Positions 45,848-55,018 of a stretch of 64,000 nt of DNA are shown piece by piece. The notes under the pieces were generated by a model. It saw only the letters and a program-made list of their open reading frames with translations. It was not told the DNA's origin and ran no database searches. The position numbers were made by a program, and so were the translations under genes. Every line of letters starts with the position of its first letter. Within the stretch, counting starts at the first letter, position 1. The stretch lies in the IMG/VR virus record IMGVR_UViG_3300020473_000013, positions 62,001 through 126,000 of that record. The stretch is one strand, 5' to 3'.

Positions 45848-46222
45848 TTATTCTGTGCGGCTGCGCACTTTCTTGGCAAAGTTTGCGTCGGGCGTCAACT
45901 CAGCCAAGCGCTTGAGGAGCGCAACGATGTTCGGGTAGTCGCGCCAAGAGGTGCGAGGAGAATCAAACATCAGGTCGAGACTTCCTACCAACTTCTCGGT
46001 ACCTTGCTTGTCTAGGCGGAAGGTCTCGATGTTTAGGCGCCTTCCAGATTTACAAGGTACCGAGTTAAACTCCACCGCGGTGTCAGGAGCCAAGTAGACT
46101 ACGCTGACCATGTCTTCGTTATCCACGTCCTCCAGTTCAAACTTTTCAGCTCCGATCGACTGGAGCCCAAGCTGCATTGCTCCGAAGGCGGTGTTGCGAG
46201 TGTCTGCGTTCTTATCGGTCAT
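45848..46222 (-). CDS. Hypothetical protein flanked by direct-repeat cassettes
   Basis: Start MTDKNA (RBS GAGG). Confidence 0.65.
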   Translation of the reverse strand: MTDKNADTRNTAFGAMQLGLQSIGAEKFELEDVDNEDMVSVVYLAPDTAVEFNSVPCKSGRRLNIETFRLDKQGTEKLVGSLDLMFDSPRTSWRDYPNIVALLKRLAELTPDANFAKKVRSRTE

Positions 46223-46248
46223 GCTTTCGTTCCTCGTGTGCGTGAATG

Positions 46249-46323
46249 CGAGGCTTAACAATCTCCGTTACCACATTGTTTCGAGCTGGCTCAGGTTCTT
46301 GCTGCCTCACGTTCATTATAACA
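46249..46323 (-). promoter_or_regulatory. Promoter/leader cassette: TGtTATAAT, 41 bp, TGGTAACGG-N7-TAAGCCTCG
   Basis: Read directly. Confidence 0.8.
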
Positions 46324-46340
46324 CAATAAGGCGTCCGTCA

Positions 46341-46799
46341 CTAGGCGTCGATATAACGTTTGGTTAGCTCGCTGATTCGCTCAACGACAGCTCCAAACGA
46401 TCCTGCGATAAGCGAGCCAGATACCATGTCGGGAATATCCCCGAGGAATACGCTACCTCCTACTTCTGGACGATCGAGGAAGGCCACAAACTTTCGACCT
46501 GTGAAGGTGATAGAGTTAGGCGCGATAGCGTCGTTTACATCCTCAGGATCAGCGGCATTAACCATGACCAGATGCACGTCACCCATAACCACACTGAACC
46601 CTTCGATGTACGAAGACATGCCACTGGTAATGCGGTCGATACGATCCACAGGAATATCAAAGGTGGCGCTGACTAGGTGGAACAGGGAGGAGTCCTTATC
46701 CGAAGTGTCGGGCTCGTCCAGTTTGTCGAACTCCGCGTAGAAGTCCTGCATTGTTTCAGCAATATGTTGATCGAGTACCATGTTTGTAGTCCTATTCAA
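46341..46799 (-). CDS. Hypothetical protein
   Basis: ORF in operon. Confidence 0.6.
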   Translation of the reverse strand: MNRTTNMVLDQHIAETMQDFYAEFDKLDEPDTSDKDSSLFHLVSATFDIPVDRIDRITSGMSSYIEGFSVVMGDVHLVMVNAADPEDVNDAIAPNSITFTGRKFVAFLDRPEVGGSVFLGDIPDMVSGSLIAGSFGAVVERISELTKRYIDA

Positions 46800-47040
46800 A
46801 GCCTCGGCGGATCAGGTCGTCGAGGGTCACGTTAAAAACCATGTGATCAGGAATCGACGCGATCACATGGGCGTTATTCCAATGAGAAGACGGGAACGGA
46901 AGCGGACGGCACAGTTGATATTGCACATACAGGAAGAAGTGCGGGTACTCTGCCGCGTGGTAGTTCTCAATGTCTCCAGGTACCTCAACGCCGGCATTCT
47001 CTGCAGGCGCTTTGAGCATTTGGACGGAACAGATCATCAA
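46792..47040 (-). CDS. Hypothetical protein
   Basis: ATGA overlap with upstream gene. Confidence 0.55.
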   Translation of the reverse strand: MMICSVQMLKAPAENAGVEVPGDIENYHAAEYPHFFLYVQYQLCRPLPFPSSHWNNAHVIASIPDHMVFNVTLDDLIRRGFE

Positions 47041-47303
47041 TCGTCCTCCATCAAGTCCTCTTCCTCAGCGACCTTGATTGCCTTATCGAGCACCTTGCGG
47101 AACTTGCGGAGTTCCTGAACGGGAATGACCATACCTTTCGCGGTAGGCGCAAACTTTTCCATGCTCTCCTTCTTGTACCACTGCCGTACGTCTAACACAG
47201 CGCGACCGTCGTCAAACTCTTGCAAGATGGCACGAGTTTCGGTGCCTTTGCGACGATTGAGGCGGCCGATCTTGTGCGTCTTTTTCGGTTGCTTGAAAGC
47301 CAT
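47037..47303 (-). CDS. PC4/YdbC-like ssDNA-binding protein
   Basis: LQEFDDGRAVLDVRQWY......APTAKGMVIP..EL..F matches the PC4 fold signature. Confidence 0.8.
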   Translation of the reverse strand: MAFKQPKKTHKIGRLNRRKGTETRAILQEFDDGRAVLDVRQWYKKESMEKFAPTAKGMVIPVQELRKFRKVLDKAIKVAEEEDLMEDD

Positions 47304-47315
47304 GATGTTCTCCTA

Positions 47316-47798
47316 TCAGATACCAGTGAGCTGGAGGATATGAGCGAACGACAGGTCATCGCCGAAGTTGCGTGGCATACTCCACATGCACTGCCCGTTA
47401 CGGTAGACGTTGAAGAATACCAGAGGCGAGTTCATGGGGGACTTGTCGTGCATTCCGACACTGTACCGAATGCACAGGGTTACGCGGAATTGGTCGAGTC
47501 CAATATGCAGCGTTATGGAGTCCCCATCCGTATTGTGGATGGTCGCACCGACTTCACTCCATGGGGTGGCAATGCGAATGTTCAATAAGGCGTTATGTGC
47601 GACCTGCTGCGCCGACGTATGCGCCTCGGCAATCACGGCTTGAAGATTTTCCTGTGTGACATTCCCCATGCCTTCCATATACTCGATGCGACGCTGGTAG
47701 TCCATGAACGTGTTACGGGCTTCGAGGTAAACCTCGGTACCGATAAATACTGCGGCGTTGATCAGACGGTGCTCGGTCATGCTTAGTTGAGGATTCAT
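47316..47798 (-). CDS. Hypothetical protein
   Basis: ORF in operon; start may be 47780. Confidence 0.6.
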   Translation of the reverse strand: MNPQLSMTEHRLINAAVFIGTEVYLEARNTFMDYQRRIEYMEGMGNVTQENLQAVIAEAHTSAQQVAHNALLNIRIATPWSEVGATIHNTDGDSITLHIGLDQFRVTLCIRYSVGMHDKSPMNSPLVFFNVYRNGQCMWSMPRNFGDDLSFAHILQLTGI

Positions 47799-47807
47799 GC
47801 TGGTTCC

Positions 47808-48317
47808 CTAAGTGAAGTGCTTGCGGAAAATCTCCGCGTAGTGCTCTCTTGGTTGGACGGTCTGACCCGTCATTTGATCTCGCTTGATGCAGGCGGCCAC
47901 AAAAGCATCTTCCATGCTGCCAACATAGCGGGAGTGGTATGGACTATACCCATACGTAACAGACACATCGCGCCGGTCTCCTTGAGGACCTTCGCGCCAC
48001 GTGGCTGCAAACTTTCTCAGGTGCTTCTGGTGAGAAACTCCTATCTTACCCGACCGGTTACGCCGGTAGGTCTCCATATATTCCGTGTTGTGCGATGGAG
48101 CCAAGCGCACCAGCCGGTCGATGTTGTCCGACCAAAGCTGTTCTATAAGGACGTCTCGCTGACTTCCCAGTTCTGCTATGGCTTCCGCTTCGGGCTTGCG
48201 AGACTTTATCACTAGGTGGTTACCGTCAGGCAGCGGAAGAAAGAGTATCCACGCCACACGGTCCCGGCCTTCTTTCTTACGCTGGATGAAGTCTCGATCC
48301 GTGAGTCCGTAGGGCAT
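47808..48317 (-). CDS. Hypothetical protein
   Basis: ORF in operon. Confidence 0.6.
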   Translation of the reverse strand: MPYGLTDRDFIQRKKEGRDRVAWILFLPLPDGNHLVIKSRKPEAEAIAELGSQRDVLIEQLWSDNIDRLVRLAPSHNTEYMETYRRNRSGKIGVSHQKHLRKFAATWREGPQGDRRDVSVTYGYSPYHSRYVGSMEDAFVAACIKRDQMTGQTVQPREHYAEIFRKHFT

Positions 48318-48320
48318 ACG

Positions 48321-48707
48321 TCAGTCCAGTTCTTCAAGGAGTTCGTCGATAGCAGCCTCTACCTCGGCGACCATCCTTTCGTAGGCATTATTGCCGTTGG
48401 TTCTCACTTCGCGCCCCTCAATGGAACCATCACCCAGGTGGGCGATAATAAGGGCGAATGCTTGGTCGTCCGATACGATACCTTCGTGTATGAAAGCTGC
48501 AAACTCTAGGCCTTCACCAAGAGCGACAGCGGCAGGAGCAATACGCCTTTCCGCAACGCCTGGCTGCGAGGGGAACGCGGGATTTATCGTCAGCTCTGGG
48601 AAGAACTCAACCTTACCCATGCTGTGAGCTTTGACCGTACGCGAGGTATCCTCGACGATCCTCCACTCGCCCTCCATGTCGGCCTTGAGGTTTACATACT
48701 TTGCCAT
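48321..48707 (-). CDS. Hypothetical protein
   Basis: RBS AGGAG after a cassette. Confidence 0.7.
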   Translation of the reverse strand: MAKYVNLKADMEGEWRIVEDTSRTVKAHSMGKVEFFPELTINPAFPSQPGVAERRIAPAAVALGEGLEFAAFIHEGIVSDDQAFALIIAHLGDGSIEGREVRTNGNNAYERMVAEVEAAIDELLEELD

Positions 48708-48722
48708 CTTGAGTCTCCTAGT

Positions 48723-48787
48723 TGAACCTTACTTACGTCCGTAACCACATTAGTGTGGGATCGTTCTCCCACATCTTCATTATAGCA
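48723..48787 (-). promoter_or_regulatory. Promoter/leader cassette: TGcTATAAT, 31 bp, TGGTTACGG-N7-TAAGGTTCA
   Basis: Read directly; 5' hairpin GTGGGA/TCCCAC. Confidence 0.75.
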
Positions 48788-48865
48788 CAAAACAGGAACG
48801 TGTGCACCACCATAGAAACAGAAAGACCGCACCCTGAGCGTATCAAAGTGCGGTCTCTAGTCGTC

Positions 48866-49156
48866 CTACTGTATCTCCGGCAAAGGCTCTTGGAAGCGCT
48901 CGGCCACACCGTCGTCGCGACGGAACCACGAGGGTTCATACTTTGTGGCCATAGTGCGGGCTTCATGATTACGGCACTTCCCGTTCCAACAGTACCAACG
49001 AGCGCGATGTCGGGACAAGCGATGTGTGTACACAGGCGACGAACACGCAACGCAAGTACCAAGTACGGTCCGCTCGCCCTGACGCATATTACACAGGGCG
49101 TGGTATAGCTCGGACTTTTGGGTGTGGCGAAAGGCTAGGCGCGGAAAGACTGGCAT
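48866..49156 (-). CDS. Hypothetical protein (CxxC...CxxxxC)
   Basis: RBS GAGG. Confidence 0.55.
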   Translation of the reverse strand: MPVFPRLAFRHTQKSELYHALCNMRQGERTVLGTCVACSSPVYTHRLSRHRARWYCWNGKCRNHEARTMATKYEPSWFRRDDGVAERFQEPLPEIQ

Positions 49157-49159
49157 CGG

Positions 49160-49702
49160 TCACCTCATTCTGACTCGTCGGTTGCGCCCACAAGACCGAC
49201 ACGGACGAGGTGAAACGGTCTTGCGTATTACGGCGAAGTTGTGATTGTTGGGCAAGGCGTTAACGTTCTCAGCAGCCTCCTGTCCGTTGATCACACCGTA
49301 GCGATAGCGGACCTCGTCTGGATCGAACATACGAAGATACGGCCACGACTCTTGGCGCTCGTATTCCCATGCAGGAACGTCGATAGCTTCTCCTCGTACG
49401 GACTCGATCAGACCTTGCGGGATCACCTTGTGAAGTTTGCGCCCTCCTGCCTTGATCACCGTGTTGTCCTCTTCCGACATAACGATAGGGGAGGCACCTT
49501 CGACATGAGGGTTAACGCACAGGTAGTGGTTCTTACCGCCAGGGCCGGGAGAGCGGAAACAGGGGACTCGCATCCACGAGTCCTCCATCGGTTCGTCTTC
49601 CTTACCCCACGGCATGTTCCACGCCCGAACGAAAACAAGCAGGTGAGCGTTGAACGTCATGTTGCTCCTGCTGTTGTGGACGTAAACACTCAGGTTTGCC
49701 AT
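49160..49702 (-). CDS. Hypothetical protein
   Basis: RBS GGAGG. Confidence 0.65.
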   Translation of the reverse strand: MANLSVYVHNSRSNMTFNAHLLVFVRAWNMPWGKEDEPMEDSWMRVPCFRSPGPGGKNHYLCVNPHVEGASPIVMSEEDNTVIKAGGRKLHKVIPQGLIESVRGEAIDVPAWEYERQESWPYLRMFDPDEVRYRYGVINGQEAAENVNALPNNHNFAVIRKTVSPRPCRSCGRNRRVRMR

Positions 49703-49712
49703 GGAGAACCTC

Positions 49713-51278
49713 CTAGAAGGTCAGGCCCGACTTCATCTTGTCGGGGTTCTTGAGGTAGGACTTGACGCGGTGCTCAGTGTCGCGAGCAGCACGATCACCA
49801 GGAGCTTCCTTGTCGACCTTGAGTTGCTTGATCTCAGCTTCGATGTCCTTGATCTTTTTCTTCAGGTCGGCAGCTTCCAGCTTGGCGAGCTTACGCACCT
49901 GACGGTTCAGAATGATGGTCGCGTCTTCCTTGGGCATCTTCATGCCTTTGGCGAGAGCAGCATCAGGGTCTTCGGAGACCAGAGCCTTGGGCAGCACCTT
50001 GAGCAGCTTCTCCATGTTCTCGACTGCGAACAGGTAAACTTTCTGGAGGTGCAACTCCTTCTCCGCTTTCTCCAGCAGGTGCTTGATGAGGCGGAGCTCC
50101 AGATTGATGCGATACTTGATCCACGTACGGAAGAACTTCTCGTAGTTCAGGTAGTGGAAGGCGTTCTTGTCGTTCGCCTTACGTACAGTCACGCCGAGGC
50201 GATACCCGACAGAGTTGGTGACCTGCTTTTCGACAGCCTCGTGGATGTCATAGAACTGGTCGGTGTCGAGGTTACGCTGGCACTCGATGATGAACAGAGC
50301 ACCGTAGGGGCCACTACCAACAGACTTCTTACCCTGCTTGCTGTAGCACTTCCGCACGCCGTCAATCTTGCTGATCTTCTCCAGAGTCTTGTCGATCTGG
50401 GCAGTAGATGCTAGGCCGGACGGGACGAAGGACCGCACACGGATCAGGCGCTTGTCGTAGTCCTCTTCGATCTCAGGCGCGTAGATGATACTGCCTTTAC
50501 CCGTCGCGATCATTTCCTCGAAGTCGGACGGATCGGTAACGCTTGTACATCCCCACGGATGCTGAATCTCCAAAACCTTCGCCAACTTCTTGCCAGACAT
50601 TTCCTTGCCCTTGAGCATGGCAATGACGACTTTCGATACGCTGCGGAAGGAGAAGCTCGGGTTACCAGCACGCACACCGTAGGCAGGAGCAGGCGTGTTA
50701 CCATTGAACAGCGCGTACGGCAGCAGGGCCGGCAGGAACAACGGAATGGAATCGTCGCCCGAGAAGTTCGGAACAGTCGGCACCACGTCGAGGTACGAAC
50801 GATCCAGCATGAACATGTGGGCGAACTTGCTCATGCGCGCCTCTGTGTAACGCTGAGCAGCAGCAGGGTTGATGGGCGTGCCCCAGTTACCCTGACCGTC
50901 TACCGCAGGAGGCATCGTGTTGGCGATGGTCACCATAGCACCGTAAGCGGCAGCGTCACCATGAGGGTGATACTTACCGATACAGTCGCCGACGGTACGT
51001 GCCGACTTCTTGTAAGATGAAGTCGGGCGCAGGTTCAGGCCTGCCAGTGACCAGAGCAGCGAACGATGCACGGGCTTGAGGCCGTCACGATAATCAGGAA
51101 CCGCGCGATCCTCAACGACGTATGCGCCGTAGTGGGAAAGAGCGTCGGACGTGAACGCCGACAGCTCGGTATCCTGTATGGTTTCCAGGTTCTGCCCGAG
51201 CATGGGAAACAGGCTGCGCTCGTCGCCCTTGATCGGAGCCGGCTTGCCGTTGCGGGTTGCTTTCTTCTTACGTGCCAT
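49713..51278 (-). CDS. gyrA: Type IIA DNA topoisomerase subunit A (GyrA/ParC-like, no C-terminal pinwheel)
   Basis: RAVPDYRDGLKPVHR, KSARTVG..IGKYHPHGD, GQGNWG, AAQRYTEAR active-site Tyr. Confidence 0.93.
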   Translation of the reverse strand: MARKKKATRNGKPAPIKGDERSLFPMLGQNLETIQDTELSAFTSDALSHYGAYVVEDRAVPDYRDGLKPVHRSLLWSLAGLNLRPTSSYKKSARTVGDCIGKYHPHGDAAAYGAMVTIANTMPPAVDGQGNWGTPINPAAAQRYTEARMSKFAHMFMLDRSYLDVVPTVPNFSGDDSIPLFLPALLPYALFNGNTPAPAYGVRAGNPSFSFRSVSKVVIAMLKGKEMSGKKLAKVLEIQHPWGCTSVTDPSDFEEMIATGKGSIIYAPEIEEDYDKRLIRVRSFVPSGLASTAQIDKTLEKISKIDGVRKCYSKQGKKSVGSGPYGALFIIECQRNLDTDQFYDIHEAVEKQVTNSVGYRLGVTVRKANDKNAFHYLNYEKFFRTWIKYRINLELRLIKHLLEKAEKELHLQKVYLFAVENMEKLLKVLPKALVSEDPDAALAKGMKMPKEDATIILNRQVRKLAKLEAADLKKKIKDIEAEIKQLKVDKEAPGDRAARDTEHRVKSYLKNPDKMKSGLTF

Positions 51279-51282
51279 GAGA

Positions 51283-51732
51283 TTACCTTACTCGACGAAC
51301 AGGGATGAAGATGGTGTTTGTGAAGGTGCCGATACCGTAGAGTTCAATGCACACACCGCCTGGAAGCGAATCGTCTTTGTGCACCGCCCCGTCGCCATCT
51401 TCCCCAGGGTTCAGGATGAGTTCTTTATGTTCGTAGGCGTAGCGATAGATGTCGGCAGGCAGACCATCGACCAGACGGTCCTTGTCGATGCGGACCACGA
51501 TCCCGTTTTCAAACTTCACGGCCTCTTGGTTCCAGTCACCGTTCAGGTCGACATTATACCATGCGGACTCATGGTCGCTCATGTCGTAGTCGAACTCCAG
51601 CGACACCTTCTCGTCAGGCTGATCGGTGCTAGCCCGGACAGCATCCACAAACTCTGCTAGCTCCTGGAACGTGGTGCCAGAGCGGTCCGTCTGAACGGAG
51701 AGCGTAACTTTGCCTTCGCGATTGCGTACCAT
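51283..51732 (-). CDS. Hypothetical acidic protein between topoisomerase subunits
   Basis: Tightly packed between gyrB and gyrA. Confidence 0.65.
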   Translation of the reverse strand: MVRNREGKVTLSVQTDRSGTTFQELAEFVDAVRASTDQPDEKVSLEFDYDMSDHESAWYNVDLNGDWNQEAVKFENGIVVRIDKDRLVDGLPADIYRYAYEHKELILNPGEDGDGAVHKDDSLPGGVCIELYGIGTFTNTIFIPVRRVR

Positions 51733-51734
51733 GA

Positions 51735-53783
51735 TCAGTCCTCCAGGCCAAGAAGCTGCCGGCGGTACATGGCGTTCTCTGCCACGACGCCGCGGAAGAA
51801 GCGCTCCTTCTCCGCACTCTCGAACGGATTGATGCGGATGAGGCGACGGGTGCTGGGCTTGAACGCGATGGGTTCGAGGAACGTCTCGTCTACCTCACCC
51901 CAACCCTTGATGCGCACGATCTCGCCGTCTTTCACTTTCTTGGGCGACTCCTTACGGCAAGCGTCGAACGTCATGCCTCCGTAAAGTTCGCCGTCCTTCA
52001 CTGCCGCGTACAGAGGTGCGTCGATGCACCACACGCGACCTTCCTTGTACAGGTCGGGCAACAGCCGGTAGATAGCGGCGAGGTACAGCACTGCGATGTG
52101 GCCCCCGTCAGGGTCAGGGTCGACCAACAGGATAACGTTCGCCGTGCGCAGCTTGCCTGTATCCAACGTCGGGTTCTCAGCCTTCGGGTCAAGCGTCTTC
52201 ACGTCGGCACCGAGGGCAGTCAACATCTTCTGAATTTCGGCGTGACCCAACACCTTGGACAGCGGAGCCTTGAGTGCGTTGAGTGGCTTACCGCCAGCAG
52301 GCAGCACTTCCTGGTAGTCAGAGTTGCGTGCGTCGATGGCGGTACCAGCGGCAGAGTCACCCTCCACGATGAACAGCTCGCGTTCGTGCGGCTTGGCCTT
52401 GTCGGCTACAGCCAGCTCGCCCGGCAGTGCGCTCCCCTTGGTCTTCTTCTTCACGTCAGCCATGGACTTGACGACAGCAGCCAGGTCCTCTCGTCCTTTA
52501 CCTACAGCCTGCGCACGCTTGATGATGTCGCGTGCCACCTTTTTGTTCTTGGAGAAATACTCCTCGAACGCAGGGAGCAACTCCTCGTAAACTTCTCGGT
52601 CGACCTTGGACGCCAGCTTGTCCTTCACCTGAGAAGTGTAGGCCGCGCCGTGCATACGGTAGTCGAACAGGCCTGTTAGACCGACGAGCAGATCACTACC
52701 CTTGAAGCCGAGAGACCGGCCCTTGCCTTTGCCCTTCGCTTTGGGCATGTAAGGCTTGACTGCTTGTACCAGAGCGTCGGTAAAGCCTTTGACGTGCCAA
52801 CCACCGTCAGCGGTCGGGCTGGTATTGACGAAACTGACGAAGTTGTCGGAGTCGGGATGATCAGACCAAACGACGGCGAGGCTGATGTGGTCGGACTTGT
52901 GCGTGAACGGCTTGCCCATAGGCTTGAGTTCGCGAGAATCGCACATGGTCTTGGGAATCCAAGCCAGGTCCTTCTTGTTATGGAAGGTGGCACCTTTCGT
53001 CTTGCCTTTGCGCACGACGGACAGCTTGATGACCAGGCCAGGGTTCAGGTTCGCCATGTACTTCAACCACTCAGCCACTTTCTTGGCATCGGGCTCAGCC
53101 TTGACGAAGTTCTTGGGCAGCTTGCGACCACGGCGTGATGACTCGGACACGACGGTCTGGTCGAGCTTGGACGCGATGATGGTACCGTACTTCTGAATCT
53201 TCTTATGGCTCAGCAACGCCGTCACGTCGCTGTCCACCTTCTTGACCTTTACTGGGTGGGGCCCCTTGGTCGCGATCTCGCCGCGCTCGAAGCGCTGGAA
53301 TGCGAGGCCGCCGTTGTACGTGGACCAGACGCGCATTTCCTCGCTCACCGCGTTAGCGGCAGCGACACCAACACCGTGTGTACCGGCACTGGTCTTGTAC
53401 GCCTTGTCGTTGAACTTGCCGCCTGCGTGTGTCTTGGTCAGGGCGGCTGTCATAATGGTGATCTTCTCCCCAGACTTCAACTTTTTGAAGTCGGTCGGAA
53501 TACCGCCGGCACCGTCAGCCACCACCATCAGGTCGTTGTCGTAGTCGAGCACCACCTCGATCAGGTTGTTGCGTCCAGCGACGTGCTCATCGTAGGAGTT
53601 ATCGACCTTCTCCTTTAGATGGCGGCGTGCCATTTCCTCACCCAGCTCGCCGAGGTACATGGAGGGATTGGCGCGCACACCATCCAAATTCTCTAGGATG
53701 GCAAATGAATCCTGAGCAAATGACTTCTTCTTACCTTTCTTACCAGAAGTCACGTCAACTTCCTTCACACCTTTTCTAGCCAT
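51735..53783 (-). CDS. gyrB: Type IIA DNA topoisomerase subunit B (GyrB/ParE-like)
   Basis: VR..P.MY.G, EKVDNSYDE, D.A.GIP, HAGGKF, GTHGVG, FIVEGDSA, LVDPDPDG, IKGWGE. Confidence 0.93.
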   Translation of the reverse strand: MARKGVKEVDVTSGKKGKKKSFAQDSFAILENLDGVRANPSMYLGELGEEMARRHLKEKVDNSYDEHVAGRNNLIEVVLDYDNDLMVVADGAGGIPTDFKKLKSGEKITIMTAALTKTHAGGKFNDKAYKTSAGTHGVGVAAANAVSEEMRVWSTYNGGLAFQRFERGEIATKGPHPVKVKKVDSDVTALLSHKKIQKYGTIIASKLDQTVVSESSRRGRKLPKNFVKAEPDAKKVAEWLKYMANLNPGLVIKLSVVRKGKTKGATFHNKKDLAWIPKTMCDSRELKPMGKPFTHKSDHISLAVVWSDHPDSDNFVSFVNTSPTADGGWHVKGFTDALVQAVKPYMPKAKGKGKGRSLGFKGSDLLVGLTGLFDYRMHGAAYTSQVKDKLASKVDREVYEELLPAFEEYFSKNKKVARDIIKRAQAVGKGREDLAAVVKSMADVKKKTKGSALPGELAVADKAKPHERELFIVEGDSAAGTAIDARNSDYQEVLPAGGKPLNALKAPLSKVLGHAEIQKMLTALGADVKTLDPKAENPTLDTGKLRTANVILLVDPDPDGGHIAVLYLAAIYRLLPDLYKEGRVWCIDAPLYAAVKDGELYGGMTFDACRKESPKKVKDGEIVRIKGWGEVDETFLEPIAFKPSTRRLIRINPFESAEKERFFRGVVAENAMYRRQLLGLED

Positions 53784-54850
53784 TATCCGGCCTCCAACTT
53801 AAAGTCACTTTTATTTACAGAGTTCTTCAATTCTTTCAGGGTCATCCAAGAAGCGACACCCTTCATACGATTGGTTCTGTCAGGCAGTACCTGTAAATTG
53901 CAAGGGTGCACCATAAAGCGGACGGGAATCACGGAAGGTCTGCGTTCGTACTCCATAGTATCGCGGTTCAGCCTAAAGTAGGCATCATGAACACTAACTA
54001 TGTGGTCGATGGACTCTCCGGGTCCTACATTAAGCACATGGGCGTAATGCGCAGGAAACCTCTTCATAGCGGAACGGGTCACCGTACTTATCAACCGGCG
54101 GTATTCCTTATACGTAAGGAGCGATGGGTCCAGGCTCAACTTATACGTCCAGGATTGCCGCGCGGCGTTTCTGTTCTGATTCACCTCACACGTTCTTCCC
54201 TTCGCTCGATTATCCTCTAGTAGGCTTACGGCTTCTTCGTGTGTACGAACACGGACACCATTAGCTCGGAGAAAATCTTTTAACGCACCTGAAGTTATGC
54301 GCATGTGAGGAAATTTTTTCCGAATGCCGTCAACGATATAAGAGGCGCTTCGCTTATCCTCGACGTACATACGACAGATGGAACTCTTGTTCCTGCGCAA
54401 AAAGGCTTGCTTCACCTGAGAACGCGACATCAAAGGAGTGCCGGCTCGATTACATGCAGTCTTAAAAGCCCAAACGCACATGTCGGTCGAATGTTTATGA
54501 GCTAGGCGTGAAGCCATTTTACCAGGGGAGACGAGCTTCTTATTCCATTCGATAATGGTGTCGCGCTCAGAAACAACGATGTCTATATGAGAGGCAGCCT
54601 TTTTCTTTTTACTGCGCATTAGATCGAAGTGGTGGAGGAGCTTTTGGAGGCTCCCGTGAGGTATTCCTGTCTCATTGGACAGTTCCCGCATGTTCAACCC
54701 CTTCACTTGGTAAAGGGATTTGAGCCAGTCGCGTATCTGAGGCGTGGGTTTGATTTGCCACTTACCGTTTTTCCGCTTTACGTAGGTGACGCCATCGACA
54801 AACTTTTCAGTCCCTGTTTTGGCGTCTTCTTTTATGTGTGTGTATCGCAC
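53783..54850 (-). CDS. Free-standing HNH homing endonuclease with N-terminal HTH-like repeats
   Basis: C-terminal ESIDHIVS...HPCNLQVL....NRMKG; HTH-like SLYQVKGLNMRELSNETGIPHGSLQKLL; atypical composition. Confidence 0.75.
   Translation of the reverse strand: MRYTHIKEDAKTGTEKFVDGVTYVKRKNGKWQIKPTPQIRDWLKSLYQVKGLNMRELSNETGIPHGSLQKLLHHFDLMRSKKKKAASHIDIVVSERDTIIEWNKKLVSPGKMASRLAHKHSTDMCVWAFKTACNRAGTPLMSRSQVKQAFLRRNKSSICRMYVEDKRSASYIVDGIRKKFPHMRITSGALKDFLRANGVRVRTHEEAVSLLEDNRAKGRTCEVNQNRNAARQSWTYKLSLDPSLLTYKEYRRLISTVTRSAMKRFPAHYAHVLNVGPGESIDHIVSVHDAYFRLNRDTMEYERRPSVIPVRFMVHPCNLQVLPDRTNRMKGVASWMTLKELKNSVNKSDFKLEAG
53812..53820 (-). promoter_or_regulatory. Putative phage-specific promoter CTGTAAATA inside the HNH gene 3' end
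   Basis: 29 bp upstream of the gyrB ATG. Confidence 0.55.
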
Positions 54851-54857
54851 GATGATC

Positions 54858-54903
54858 TCCCAGATACATAGCTTCGATATTCTAAATTAGTATGTATCTA
54901 GGA
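54858..54903 (-). promoter_or_regulatory. RBS-sequestering hairpin of the HNH gene
   Basis: 13-bp stem TCCTAGATACATA/TATGTATCTGGGA (one G-U) covering GGGA of the SD before the GTG at 54850. Confidence 0.65.
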
Positions 54904-54910
54904 TTTGTAC

Positions 54911-55018
54911 CTAGGCAAGTCCTTCCATAATCTCGAAGCCGTCCTGCCGTGCAGACTTCTTGCGTTTTTTCTTCGGGGCGGAAGACACGTCCACCTCGGT
55001 CACCTTCTTCTTTGCCAT
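54911..55018 (-). pseudogene. Stranded 5' fragment of gyrB (35 aa)
   Basis: MAKKKVTEVDVSSAPKKKRKKSARQDGFEIMEGLA* aligns with GyrB MARKGVKEVDVTSGKKGKKKSFAQDSFAILENL; has own RBS GGAGG and GTGTAAATA (55052-55060). Confidence 0.8.

Larger units (their letters stand above)
53685..54913 (-). mobile_element. Homing-endonuclease cassette inserted in the 5' end of gyrB, carrying a replacement gyrB start
   Basis: AT-richer segment; bounded by a stranded gyrB 5' fragment upstream and a second copy of the N-terminus downstream. Confidence 0.7.

Noticed and set aside
53685-54916. Group I intron in gyrB
   Set aside because: Junction bases fit, but no P3-P7 core is visible, the non-coding flank is only about 60 nt, and downstream gyrB has its own promoter, RBS and full N-terminus; kept only as an alternative to test
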